NCBI GenBank assembly: GCA_026026165.1
Contig: JAPEUD010000069.1
Span: 1 to 64,000, forward strand
Direction: 5' to 3'
From: Sarea resinae
Taxonomy: Eukaryota
DNA: 64,000 nt
Of the stretch, positions 11,319-22,753 are shown piece by piece. The notes under the pieces were generated by a model. That model was given only the letters and a program-made list of their open reading frames with translations, searched no databases and was not told where the DNA came from. A program made the position numbers and the translations under genes. Position 1 is the first letter of the stretch. Every line of letters starts with the position of its first letter.

Positions 11319-14300
11319 TCATCTGTTCCTCGTCGACACTGGAACACCACGAGCATCGAATCCGATGCCCAGAGTCGCCAGGTCAGGCTGCAGTGGAGAG
11401 CTCATGCCCCGGAGCCTTCCATCGAGCGCCACTAGCTCAGCAGGAATCGAGACCGGCCGGCCTCGGAGATCCTCAGGAGATGTATTAGAGGACGGCACGA
11501 CGACATTAACTCTCGGCAGCGACGGAAGCGGCTGAGGAACTGCGCTACCGTCTCTTCGCCAAAATGTCCGCCAGCCGCTCGTCGGTCTGAATAACCCCCG
11601 CTCGAAAGCCAGCTGGCGCTCTCGCTCGACGACTCGGGCCCGCGCGGCAGAAATGTCGACGGGCTGGTCCAGGTCACCGAATTGGACGATGCCGAGGCCT
11701 TGATTGGCGGTCTCGACGGCGATGCCGGGGCCAGAGCTGGAGCGAGACATGGAGGTGGACAGCGCAGCGTGAGAGGTGGGTGGGGACGTTTGGTTGTTGG
11801 TTGCCCATTCATTGGGAAACGGAAGGATTTCCTCTGACTTTGGGATTCGAGGATCTATGAACACGCACGTCCCGTCGAATTTGGGTGATTTCCTTACGGG
11901 CCCGCCGTCAGGCATCCTATCTCTAGGACTGGGAGATGGAAAAACAGTTGGGTAGGGCGTTGGCTCGCTGACACCAGCAATAGAGAAAGTTGACTGATTT
12001 GAGCCTTCGCGAGACATGGGTTGGGATGTCGGCTGCGACGCATAGCCCCTAGGGTAGACGGGCGGTAGACTGCCGCTTAGATAAGGTGTCAGGTCCTGTC
12101 TCGGGACCTGGAATGTGTCCTGCCGACTGTGCCGCCCATGGCCACGAAAGTCCTGGGGCAGAGATCGTTTGCCGGTGCCTGCTGTTTCATTCACCACTGG
12201 GAGCGGCATCGGGGCTGGCACAAATTGAGGCGGTTGGTAGTAAACTGGATAGCTGAGCCTAGGGTCGAATGTTACGTCAAGCGGCAGATGTGGGCTCGAG
12301 AAATGAGACTGATTCGCGTAGTGAAGGCCTGGCAGCTGCTGCGGAAGTCCGTACCTAACTTCACCAGAACTCGTCGGTGGTGGGAACGGACTTCGATCAT
12401 TTGGCACTGAGTGGGAGGTTCGTCGCTGGGGTACGAACGTGGCCGCTAATGGAGATGGCTGAAATCTGCCACTAGTCCCAGCCATTAAGTTATCGGCAGA
12501 TATAACGCGCTGCATCGCTGCTGGAAGAGGAGCCTGTGATGACGGGGGTTCCTGTGACAGGGCGGACTGATTTTGTGTCAAAGGCGACGCGTTCGATGGC
12601 GTATGGGCTGATGTATGTGCCAGTTGAGCCTTGAGGCTAGGTGGAGTGCGACTCGAGGATCTACCTCGTGATATGCTGCGGTTTCCACGCGATGGGGGCG
12701 GACTGCTCTTGTGCATTGCAGACAACAAGTTCACGGCTTCGGATGAGCCCGTAATGCCTTCTCTCGAAGGCTCCCGTGGGGGGCTCACTACGCCTTTGGC
12801 CTTTACCGTGCTGACCCATGCAGATGATGGCGTAGGTCTGGGAGTGGACATCTCTCTAAAGTGGCTATTCTGCCGCCCGGGTGAATGTACGCCTTCTTGT
12901 GGATATGGAGGCTTTAACTCGTACCCTGGGCTTTGCTCCGAAGAGTGCCAATCCTCTTGAGGCGCAGCTGGAAAGACTACCAATGGCATATCCTGTTCAG
13001 GGTATGGTCTCACTGGCATCCGCTGTTGAACGCCATCCCAATCAGCAGGGTAACTCGGATCTCTGGAGAATGGCATCCATCTGGTGGGTTGCTGCGGTGG
13101 CATCGCTGTCCGATTCACATCGGCCACCATGCTCACAGGAGACTCGAAATGTTCCTTGCTATAAGTCGATTCTGTCGAAACAGATAGCTCTGACGGATTG
13201 CATGGTGGGGTCTCAGGTCCAGAGCTCGAGCAACTGCTTGCACGGCTGAAGACAGAAGTCATATATCTAGTTCCGGAAAGAACCTCCTGAGAAGATGCTG
13301 GCGTTGTGTTCCTGATTTCTGCAGCTATCCTACTGAGCGTTGACTGCAATTGGCTCCCAGTGCTTTCAATAGTTGGGTGCTTCACGCGATATCGACCAAC
13401 GTGCTCTGCGAGTTTCTTACCATGTATCTCGTACTCTCGATAATCGGTGACTAGTGGCAGACCATCTGTGTTGCTCTTGATCAATTTATCCGCCTCGTCG
13501 AACGAAGAACAGAATATGGTGACGGCGTAGCTCAGCCACAGCGCAAGTCGGCCTTCTCGATTCAGGAGATCGCGACAAAACCCTTGGACAACGCTGTGAA
13601 GAGTAAGCACGTCCACTGCCGCCATTAGGCTCCCTCGACTTTCTTGGGATTGTGATTCTTGGGAATGTGATGACGCATGATCATCGCTATCGTTGCGACT
13701 GATCAGGGCGTGTTTCATCAGAATCCCAAATGTCATGTTTATGTCGCGTCTACTGCCTTCATAACTCGACTTGATTTCGATCCTCAGGAGACGTAGCGCC
13801 TTCTTGCCGAACTGAACCATCTCGACCGGCACACGCTGTCCAAAGAAGCAAAGGATATCTATCAGATTCCTAGCTTCGTTATACTTTAGTCTGCGCAGAT
13901 CCTCCATGATCTCCATATAAGGGGTTTCCAGCCTAGGATAGAGCGAATAGGACCTTATGTGATATTTCTGCAGTGGCTCTTTAGACTCATCCAAGCGACG
14001 GCCGACAGCGTGGATGAAAAGGGGGAGACAACCCATCTGTCTGACCAGCTCCGTCGCCCTTTTTATTTGTGCCTTGCTGGGCCTCAACAACCCGAGCTCT
14101 TCAAATAGCAATTGTCTGCCCTCGTCCTCACTTAATGGCTCAACTCTTACCGGAATCGCATTGAGGTCATTTGCCAAGCTGTCGGCCCTCGAGGTATATA
14201 TCAAACTAGAGCCGGGGCTGTTTGGTATAATTTGTTGTAGTTGGACAATATCATCTTCGCGCTCAATCGAAATTCCGTCAATCACAAGAAGCCATCCGCG

Positions 14301-16358
14301 TCGGTTATCGAACCAGTTCCTGACCCTTTCCACAGAAGAGCGTTGATCGAGCTCGTAGCTGTTCAAGATCGATTCGGACAGGTCCTTCAAGACGGCCTTT
14401 TGATCAATCGATAAGACGTCCTGCAACATCTCTTCCCTTGATTTAGCTCGTATCCAGAATATTCCACCCGGAAAGTCATTTTTCCGCTCGTTGATGTAGT
14501 GCCATGCAAGATGGGTTTTGCCGCCGCCAGGGAGGCAATGAAGTAAAACGCTGGCGTTAAAGCTCCTTGTTCTGGAATCGAGAAGCCATCTATCGAGCTC
14601 CGTCATCTCACGTCCCATGCCAACAAAGGTCGTTCGCCGAAAGCCAGGTGGCACGATAAAAAAAGGCTCTATGTCTTCAGAGGGAGAGGATGGTGTCACA
14701 GATGTGATAGTAATGGGCCCAGTGGCAGCCAGCTGAGGACGTTCGGATGCAGGAAGGGAAACAATTGATTGATCTACGGAAAAAGGAGTCAGCTCGATCT
14801 GACTACGAAACATGACTATGCTATTTCTGGAAGCCTATAGCGCAAGAGTACGTCTTTGGAAAGTTGAGAAGACATGGAAGCTAGAGGATCTCAAAAGACA
14901 CGAAGCAGATGCCGAGACTCTATTCGGCCATGTCTGTGTCTTTTTCCTCGACTCCTTCAAAGGTGTAATCGAAGCGCGGCTCTTGCCCTGGGACTGGCAG
15001 TGCTAGTTGAGACCTACTGGGAGAGAAAGTCTGAGATGAGTCCATCTGAGGTGAGGTAGAGAAGCTAGGGCGTGCGGTCTGGATGGCTAGGAAGGTTAGT
15101 GTCAGATTTGTGACTCCCGGTCTAGACGTATAAACGTACAAGGGTCTAGCTCATTTATCACTTTCTGCAACTCCAGTTGTCGAGTCTCTTGCTCACTCGG
15201 CCAGCGATTTGCAACCGCTTCTGGTGCTTCTGTTGCATAACGCTTAATAGCCTCTACAACCACTGGAAAGCCAGGCGCTTTGACGCTCTCGAATTTGCAC
15301 ATGTGGGAGTGGTCCGCTGCAATAGCTGCACGCTCAACGTGTCCCATGGACGGGGCAGCGGAATCTTCGTCGACGATCTTGTACTCGTCAGCCTTGATGC
15401 CGAAATACTCAGACGATAGTACTTACGAAGCGCCGCGACAATCCCTTGAGATCCGTCGGCTTCGCTTCGTGGAAGCAGAAGATGTGGAAGGTGTCCTGAA
15501 TATTCTCAAAGTCGCGATTGATGTTTTGTAGCGTTTCACTCTGATTCTTCAGAGCCTCAACCAGCTGAGGAGATGAATCCATGAACTTTTTGGGTAGCGC
15601 GGCACTACAGATCGATTGCAACAATACACCCCACTTGGCGAAATCGGAACCATTGTGGGGCGTGCCCAAGAACAGGATGCCATAGGTTGATACAACAATA
15701 TTTCGAAGATGAGCCCGCTTCTTATCTTTGAGACCGGTGGACATGTTGAGAGCCTGAAAGAATGTCAGTGCTGTAATCGTCCCCAGTTCAACGTCTACTG
15801 ACCCGCTTCACGACTATACCACCTAGGGAATGACAGACGAAAATGATGGGGCGTCTCGTAGCATCTCGAAGCTGTGTACAAGAGGTCAGCAAACGTATCC
15901 CCCGTCAGATTGGCGATTTCCCATACCGAACGATCTGAGTTGAGTTCCGCCAGGAGGTTTTCAGCGTGATTGTGAATCTTGTCTTTGGATGCCCCTCCCA
16001 TAAACGTCTGGACATCCGCATCGTAGCCGTATACCAACACTCTCAATTTCTGACTCTTGGCGAAAGGCGGAAGCAGCTGCGCGGGCCAAAAGACTTCGGG
16101 CTTCTTGGTGGCCCAGGTGTCGTACGGGCTGCCATTCAGGCCGTGCACCAGCACGACGCTATCTCAGGTGTCAGCCAACTGTCACAGGCAGAGATGTCGA
16201 GATGGGTCTTCCATACTCAACGGCGGGATCATCGGCAGAGTAGACTTCGCTCAACCCATAGCGTATGATCCCCAGATTCTGCGCCACTTGGGATTCCTGC
16301 AGTTCTCATCAGCCGCGGACAAAGGCAGTGAAGCTCCCAGGACGGCCGAACGTACCAT
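11319..16358 (-). CDS. SesB-like alpha/beta-hydrolase + NB-ARC protein (fungal NLR-like, 'LipA and NB-ARC' architecture), long isoform ~1490 aa; exons 16358-16356, 16296-16217, 16158-15927, 15871-15803, 15753-15427, 15377-15140, 15086-15018, 14773-11319
   Basis: Hydrolase motifs: VVLVHGL, RVLVYGYDA, PIIFVCHSLGG (nucleophile Ser), ILFLGTPH, IVDEDSA, ADHSHMCKF. NB-ARC motifs: FVG, Walker A LPGGGKT, GIFWI, Walker B WLLVIDG, LIYTSR, GCLPL, LHSVVQ. All junctions are GT-AG and in frame. Confidence 0.85.
14920..16358 (-). CDS. Predicted short isoform: stand-alone SesB-like alpha/beta hydrolase (371 aa) ending ...FEGVEEKDTDMAE
   Basis: If the donor at 15017 is not used, exon 7 (from 15086) reads 32 more codons to TAG at 14922-14920. 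Summed exon length is 1116 nt. Confidence 0.55.
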
Positions 16359-17900
16359 GGCGCCTTATCGCACCTACCTTGTGTCGTTGAGACGGTACAT
16401 GTGCAACGAACGGGCTCGTAGATGGATATATAAGGTGCCCTATATCAAATGACAGGCGAAAGGCAGAAAACGATGACGACGGTGATACCAGTCAGAGCGA
16501 AGGCCAAAGCGAGCATACAAGCAGCTGCCAGTCGTAATAGTACAGTGACCGGACGGCAGAAGACCCGTGGTGTCTTCCTTTCTCGTTCCTGGCCCGTGCC
16601 AGTCGACGGGCGAAAGTGTCACGACCCCTGCCGCTGAGACAGAGCAGTCTGGGGGGGGCGGGGCGGAGGAGGGAAGGCTGCAGTAGCCCGCACCCCAGTA
16701 GAGGAGCAGAGTGCGTGCTGCTCAATGGCACGCACCAAGTACCACGCCATACTACACAGTACTGCCCTCTACCTCACGCTGGGGGAAAGCTGCTGCGCCA
16801 CGCGTGCATGCTGCAGGGGATTCGAGCAGAACGACGACCGATTTAGTGCTGCGATTGGAGGGGCAAGCCATTCGATGACGAGACTACGCCCGACTCGGTC
16901 GTCGGGCGAGGCTTGAAAGTGGTAAAAGTGCACCAAGATGGTCATGATGGCGGGAAAGCAGATCAGCTGCGGCACGGCGGGCAGCACAGGCACATCGTGA
17001 TCCCCATTCGAGGGCGGGAGATTACCTACTACGAAGTAGGTCGGCGGTGGCGCGGGGAATGCATCGTTACCTTAGGCCCCGACTGCGTATGCCCGCTCGG
17101 CAGTGCTACTGCACCTAGAGGACGCAGGACGCAGCGCTTACTACTGTCGGATTTGTCGATACTCTACTTCGTACCGCTGCGATATACTCCGGAGTATATC
17201 AATCCTCCTCTCCCTGGCGTCGAGCAATGTGAACAGTACTGACCTCACGCGTCCACCTGTGTATTGATAAGATACCTAGTAGGTAGTATTGGTGCGATGC
17301 CATAGCGTTCCCTGGAATGAGACTTGCCGGACTCAAAGCTAAGGTACCTTAGGCAGCATCCGAGCGACCGAGGACCCTGAGTCCTGACCGTCACCGTCGC
17401 CGTCGTCCGCTCGCCTAGAGAAGGGTGAAATGACTGGGCGGCTGACCACCATCTCGTGTGCTCGAGTTCAGCGACAGATTAGGTAATGATCCCAAGGGAC
17501 GGGCACAACATCGCACTTCTCTTTCCAACACCGATCTGTAGTCCCTGAGTCGTGAGTCGACACGACTAGGTAGGTGACTCAACTCTTCGAGGTTGTATTA
17601 CGTTCCGCGTGGTTTTGACCGTGAACTATGTGTTATGAGCAAGGGCATCATCGATTTCAATTCATGCTGCCACTTTCCTCATATTCCATATGTGCAGTAG
17701 CAAATTGAGTGGTCTATGACATTGAAACCGCCAAGTAGTAAGAATCCCCTGATGAAGCATCAGGGCCTCCTTGAAGCCAACTCCAAGTCAAAGCGGTTGT
17801 CGTGGTTCTCAAATCCCAGTAAAACGCTTCCGGGACGAAGTGAAGTCAAAGTCTAAGCTCGAAAAGCAATATTCGAAACCCCCCTAGAATGACAGTCGCC

Positions 17901-18885
17901 CTACCGACCCTTGAACACAGGCTTCCTCTTCTCCCTGAAAGCCAATAGCGCCTCGTCCCTATCTTGCGTCTTCACCACCACTTCGTAGGCCTTATTTTCC
18001 ACCTCTTCACCACCCCTCCAGCCTTCCACAGCCTTGAGTGCCTGATGGAGCGCAACGGGGCCGCCTTCGCAGATCTCCCGCGCTAGTCTAACGGCCTCTT
18101 CCAAGACTTTCCCTCGGGCCTTGCCTTCGGCTTGAATTTCGTCGGGTAAGACCTCAACCAGACGGTCGCATAGCCCAAGGAAGTAGGCTTCTGGTCCGGA
18201 AACCCTACGACCAGTGAGAATGAGGTCCCGAGCCCGTTGTGTACCGATGAGAGATGGCAGTCTATAAGTTCCCCCGGCCCCAGGAATTATCCCTAGTCGC
18301 GTCTCTGGAAGGGCAACTGTGGCGCAGGAGGCAAAGACGCGAAAGTGTGTGGTCAGAGCGAGCTCGAGCCCACCGCCAAAAGCCAGTGAAGAGACAGCTG
18401 AGATGGTCGGAATGGGCAGGTCGGACAGTAATTTGAAGGTGCCTCGAAGGTGAAGTAGAAAATCAGATGTCCTGTAAGCAGATAGTGAGATACTCGGCCG
18501 CCTGCAATTGAAGTAAACCCGCATGGTAGATAAGATATGCATACTGTTGTTGGGTGAATGTAGCTCGCTCCTTGAGATCCGCCCCTGCGCAGAAGCACGA
18601 ATCCACTTCACTAGACAGGATGAGTGCTCTTGTCGGCCCCTTGTCTCCTTCCTCGTGAATGCTTCTGACGAAGTGGTTCAATTCACTGAGGAGCTGGCGA
18701 GAGATGGCGTTTCGTGCCTCGGGCCGGTTAAGGGAAAGGATCTTGATTGAGCCTGTATGCGCGGCAGGCACACTGGTGGCTTTTATTAATTTCGAGACCG
18801 AGGTCGAATACGACGCGCTGCGTCGAATCAAGCTGGGATTGGAAATGGAAGCATATTTTCCGATCAAGAATGCTGGCGAGCGCAT
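17901..18885 (-). CDS. Mitochondrial enoyl-CoA hydratase / methylglutaconyl-CoA hydratase (crotonase family); exons 18885-18545, 18471-17901
   Basis: Motifs LNRPEARNAIS, FCAGADLKER, AFGGGLELAL, LPETRLGIIPGAGGTYRLP and AFREKRKPVFKGR. One GTATGC..CAG intron. Confidence 0.92.
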
Positions 18886-19384
18886 CACGATTGCGATTTG
18901 TATGACCAAGTTGGAGCTCGTAGGGGAAAATCGAACTGAGCTGGAGCCTGGTGCCGTTACGTCGAGCAGAGCTGCATGGCGAAAGCTTGCGGAATATTTG
19001 GCGGGGAAGCTCCCCTTGGTGCATGGATGTGTGGTCGGTCCTCGGGCAGGCGGGGCCCGTCTCCGCTTTGACTTCCCGTCAGCAATCACATCCGGCTCCA
19101 GGATCCAGTTGCTGCATCATGGTAGAAGACATCAACAACTACCTACCTCCTGCAACGGCCTGGGGGGATTAATGAGCGCGAACCAAACCGTCGTTGTCGG
19201 ACTTCGTACGAAATAGTCGTTCATCTATTATTCTGTTATTTACGATCACTTTTGCCGGTTTACTTGGTGCATGTAAACTATCTGGATCCCCATCCAGACC
19301 TTTTTGCTATAGTGACTACAACTGGGACTATATAATACAGATCGCCTTGACGCCTTCCAATGCAACCTTGCCCGAATGCTGTTA

Positions 19385-22300
19385 CTATGAGATAGCGGCG
19401 TGTGGAAAACGCCCATTTAAACAGTAGATTTTGACCTCGTCATCTTCAGGCCATCCACCCCAACCCTCTAGCCTGTCTACCACGCTCCGGACTTTATCCA
19501 GCATCTCTTTGGAAGCCCCTGGAAAGCGGTGTCGGTCCTTTGAACCACCTTCCTCATCTAGTATATCTTGCCAGCTGCATTCAAGGGAAACACGAGTCGC
19601 GATCAAGGTCTTTCGCATCATCGCGCGACCGTTTCTTGTCTCAGCCGCATACGCCTTGAGCTCTGACGAGAATTGTGCTATCCATTTGATCAAACCAAAG
19701 AGGCCGTCGTAATCTTGCAAGAACCCAAGAATTCGAACGCATATATGAAGTTGTGCCGGTCCGGGAACTCTGAGAAGAGAGGGAATCTTGGTGGTATGGC
19801 TCAGTACCGTTTTCGGAGCTCTCTGAGCAACGACAGTGAAGACTGATTCCATACCCACGAGAGACTGGAAAGCATCCCGGATGACATTCGGACCTTGTTC
19901 TAGCAGGACTTTTGCGTCTCCGATAAGCGCTAGCATCTGATCGTCGATCTGATCTACGTCTCCGTACTCGTTTCCGTCTGCAAAGCTCTTCGCCCCAACC
20001 TTGTCGTCGCCTTGGCGTTGCAGACGAATAGCCGTAAGGACAGCTTTCTCGAGACCAGTGCAGAAGATGTGAAAACCTTTGGTATCAAGGTCGAGTCCGA
20101 GACCGTTCATTTGCCTCACGATTTGTTGTATGAGGGTCCACGTGGTCAGATCATGAAAAGGTGGATTCTGAGAATAACGAGTCTTGGCTACAACGGCGTG
20201 TGGGCTTGCTAAAGCCCAAAGCAGAGCATACCATGCCGGCCGGTAGTAAGGTTGTCGTGTCTTCATCAGACGAAAGGCGTAATAGAGGAGGTTGTGATGG
20301 GGCTTGATATTTGAGGAGGTTTGATGAATTCGAGGGTCGATTTCCGATACTTGGGAGAGTGGGAAGCGACAAAGTAACTTGATGAATGCGGCGAAAACAT
20401 CATCGGGAATCGATTGGATGTCATCATAGATTGATTGACCATGATCAAGCCTCGATGGCTTTAAAAGAGATGCGACTCCACGGCGATGTTGATCGCTGTT
20501 TCGAAAGTATTTCACTCCCGCTTCAAGGGACGCAGCGTGACTAACTAGAAAGGCAACACAGCGTGGCGATGGGCGAAGACCTTTACGGAGCATCTGATCG
20601 AACAAGGCATCCAGTCGAGGAGGCTCCGATCGAATGTAGACAGCCTCTCGAGGTGAAAGCGGTGCAGCGATGACTTCTTTACCATCACCAGGCAACATAC
20701 TTTCTTCATGATGGAAAGAGCTTTTCTCCTGAGAACAGGCCTGATCCTTGCGTCGCCTCTCCTCAAAGACGAGCTTCTCAAACATTGCGTAATAGACTTC
20801 TTGGGAGTCGCGCTTGGAAGGGACTATGGGCTCATCCTGGTATGCAAGAAAGCAAGCCCAGGCTTCTTGGACGGTTCTCGTCGCACGAACTCTTGCAGCC
20901 CATATACTTTCGGGCCTTTCTGCTGACGTTTCCCGTGGACGGCCAGAGACGCGAGAGTTATTTGAGGGCCGCGGCACGACTAATCGGGTTTGTATGGTTG
21001 GACTAAGATCTGTGTCCCACCCGGCAATGATATTGGCGACCTTCTCCCAAACACCATGAGCATATCCGGCTTCAGCCATGCGAGACATGGACTCTCGCGC
21101 TCTACTAACACCATCTTCGAGGCCCCTGTAGACATCCATGCCAACTTTGTCCTCTTTCCAGGGTGGCCAGGATTTAGCCTTCATCGTGGCCCATTGGCGT
21201 TCTCGTTCCGTCTTCTTGTGCGCCAATTGAACGCGAGTGACAGCTCGATATCCTTCTCTATTAATGGCCAGAGGAGGTACAAATCCAGACATTCGTTTGA
21301 GTAGGTCGAATTGAGCCCTTTGGTGGTGTATGAGTGATACGAAAGGATGCGGAGTCGACGGCACGGAGAGAAGGGTCAGCATTCGATTGTAGATGAATGT
21401 CAATCGTGCGATCTTCTTTGGACTAGACACCTTTTCCTTATGGTGACCGTTCGAAGCCGGAATCCCTGCTGTATGAGTATAAAAAATGGCAGCTATACTA
21501 GGTATTGCTTCAGGCCAGACCTGACGAGCATGCCGCAGAAGGCGGACGATCATCGTCATGGTCGTCGTCTCATTCAGCTTTTGATACGACCCGGATCTCG
21601 CAGCGGAACTTTTCTGTCGACACAAACGCAATGGATCTAGATGCGAGACACGGCTTGATTTTCTGCTTGCATCTCCAGTTGACGAATAATTCTGCTCTAA
21701 ATCAAGCCTGTCCCAAGTATATTGCAGAAGTGTTCTGAGGCTCCGAGCGCTCATTCGATCGCAGCGCAGAAGGAACAGCGGCAGAAAGGTTGGTATTCTT
21801 ACCATGGAGATGTCACTGGAACGATTCTCTTCGCTGCTTACGGCCCATAGTCTCGAGACAGCTTCGTCCGAGGACTTTGCGTCAAAGATCCATGCCCAAG
21901 TCATGACATCTTCGGGTTCGTAGCCTTTAGAGCTCAGATATGCGAGTGCACCGTCACTAAAAGTTCGAGCCAACGCATCATCCAATCGCTCATTGGGAGA
22001 TGTCCTGTGCCCAAACGTAGGATCCGATCGGCTTATGGGAGAAATATGTTTGATATAGTTTGCCAGTATAGATTGTAGAGAAAGGGCGGGTGGAACATCT
22101 ATAGGCTTCTCATCTGGTCGTTGCTGGGGAACAGATGAGCCGAATAGCAACGACTTGGATTCGGTGCCCCTCTCCATAGGCGGGACGTAAGAGAAGTCGG
22201 TCTTGGATGGCGGCGGTGAAGGAATTGCATAGGTCAGGTGGGCATCTCTGAGAGCGGCAATCAACTCATCAGAGGGAGAAGGTCGCAGCGCTTTGAGTTT

Positions 22301-22753
22301 CCGCCGACTGAGAGGCTTCTCAGCAGTCGTTGCCCGTCGCTGGGAAGAGCTGGAGAGGCCAGCTGAAGCTTTCGGAGACCTTGATTGAGACATAGCACCA
22401 TTTGCAACATGTTCCCGAAGCTCCATTGCATGGCGACGCCGAGCCTGGCTGCCTTTCGGAGTCCCGTATCCGTTGCCATAGCCATCGTGATCGGCTTGCT
22501 CGATCTCCGATTCCGCAAGTTTCGTCCCGGCTTTCTGCGGACCCGCGAAAGCCGTAAAGGTGCGAGGATTGAAGACTTTAGAAGCTCCCTGTAGGCACAG
22601 CGCTGCATCAGTCCAGCAGATCCGCAAAGAAGTGAGCGCTCGTAGTTTCACACTCACCTGGACACATGGCACTACCGCTCGCAACGTCCCGTCATTGATG
22701 GACGTTCGGCCGATAGCATTGCCCAAGGCAGTAAAGAAGAAAGACGGTGGCAT
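19385..22753 (-). CDS. Large hypothetical, probably alpha-helical protein (~1100 aa), possibly mitochondrial
   Basis: 1122-codon ORF with globular-looking blocks (IVRLLRHARQVWP, AHKKTERERQWATMKAKSWPPWKED, WAARVRATRTVQEAWACF, GWGGWPEDDEVKIY). Probable in-frame 69-nt intron at 22657-22589. Function not recognised. Confidence 0.8.
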   Translation of the reverse strand: MPPSFFFTALGNAIGRTSINDGTLRAVVPCVQVSVKLRALTSLRICWTDAALCLQGASKVFNPRTFTAFAGPQKAGTKLAESEIEQADHDGYGNGYGTPKGSQARRRHAMELREHVANGAMSQSRSPKASAGLSSSSQRRATTAEKPLSRRKLKALRPSPSDELIAALRDAHLTYAIPSPPPSKTDFSYVPPMERGTESKSLLFGSSVPQQRPDEKPIDVPPALSLQSILANYIKHISPISRSDPTFGHRTSPNERLDDALARTFSDGALAYLSSKGYEPEDVMTWAWIFDAKSSDEAVSRLWAVSSEENRSSDISMVRIPTFLPLFLLRCDRMSARSLRTLLQYTWDRLDLEQNYSSTGDASRKSSRVSHLDPLRLCRQKSSAARSGSYQKLNETTTMTMIVRLLRHARQVWPEAIPSIAAIFYTHTAGIPASNGHHKEKVSSPKKIARLTFIYNRMLTLLSVPSTPHPFVSLIHHQRAQFDLLKRMSGFVPPLAINREGYRAVTRVQLAHKKTERERQWATMKAKSWPPWKEDKVGMDVYRGLEDGVSRARESMSRMAEAGYAHGVWEKVANIIAGWDTDLSPTIQTRLVVPRPSNNSRVSGRPRETSAERPESIWAARVRATRTVQEAWACFLAYQDEPIVPSKRDSQEVYYAMFEKLVFEERRRKDQACSQEKSSFHHEESMLPGDGKEVIAAPLSPREAVYIRSEPPRLDALFDQMLRKGLRPSPRCVAFLVSHAASLEAGVKYFRNSDQHRRGVASLLKPSRLDHGQSIYDDIQSIPDDVFAAFIKLLCRFPLSQVSEIDPRIHQTSSNIKPHHNLLYYAFRLMKTRQPYYRPAWYALLWALASPHAVVAKTRYSQNPPFHDLTTWTLIQQIVRQMNGLGLDLDTKGFHIFCTGLEKAVLTAIRLQRQGDDKVGAKSFADGNEYGDVDQIDDQMLALIGDAKVLLEQGPNVIRDAFQSLVGMESVFTVVAQRAPKTVLSHTTKIPSLLRVPGPAQLHICVRILGFLQDYDGLFGLIKWIAQFSSELKAYAAETRNGRAMMRKTLIATRVSLECSWQDILDEEGGSKDRHRFPGASKEMLDKVRSVVDRLEGWGGWPEDDEVKIYCLNGRFPHAAIS

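Noticed and set aside
14774..14813. ATG at 14813 as the true start of an independent NB-ARC gene
   Set aside because: These 40 nt contain a textbook branch point, pyrimidine tract and TAG acceptor in the right phase to join the hydrolase exons. There is also only about 105 nt after the upstream stop for a promoter. It is not fully excluded.
11319..16358. Amyloid signalling motif (HRAM, sigma or PP type) linking the hydrolase and the NLR
   Set aside because: No N/G/Q-rich pseudo-repeat motif is visible at either hydrolase terminus or before the NB-ARC.
17747..17765. Perfect hairpin CCCTGATG-AAG-CATCAGGG containing CTGATGA (hammerhead-core or box-C-like)
   Set aside because: No stem II/GAAA core or matching D box is in the right geometry. 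An 8-bp stem can occur by chance.
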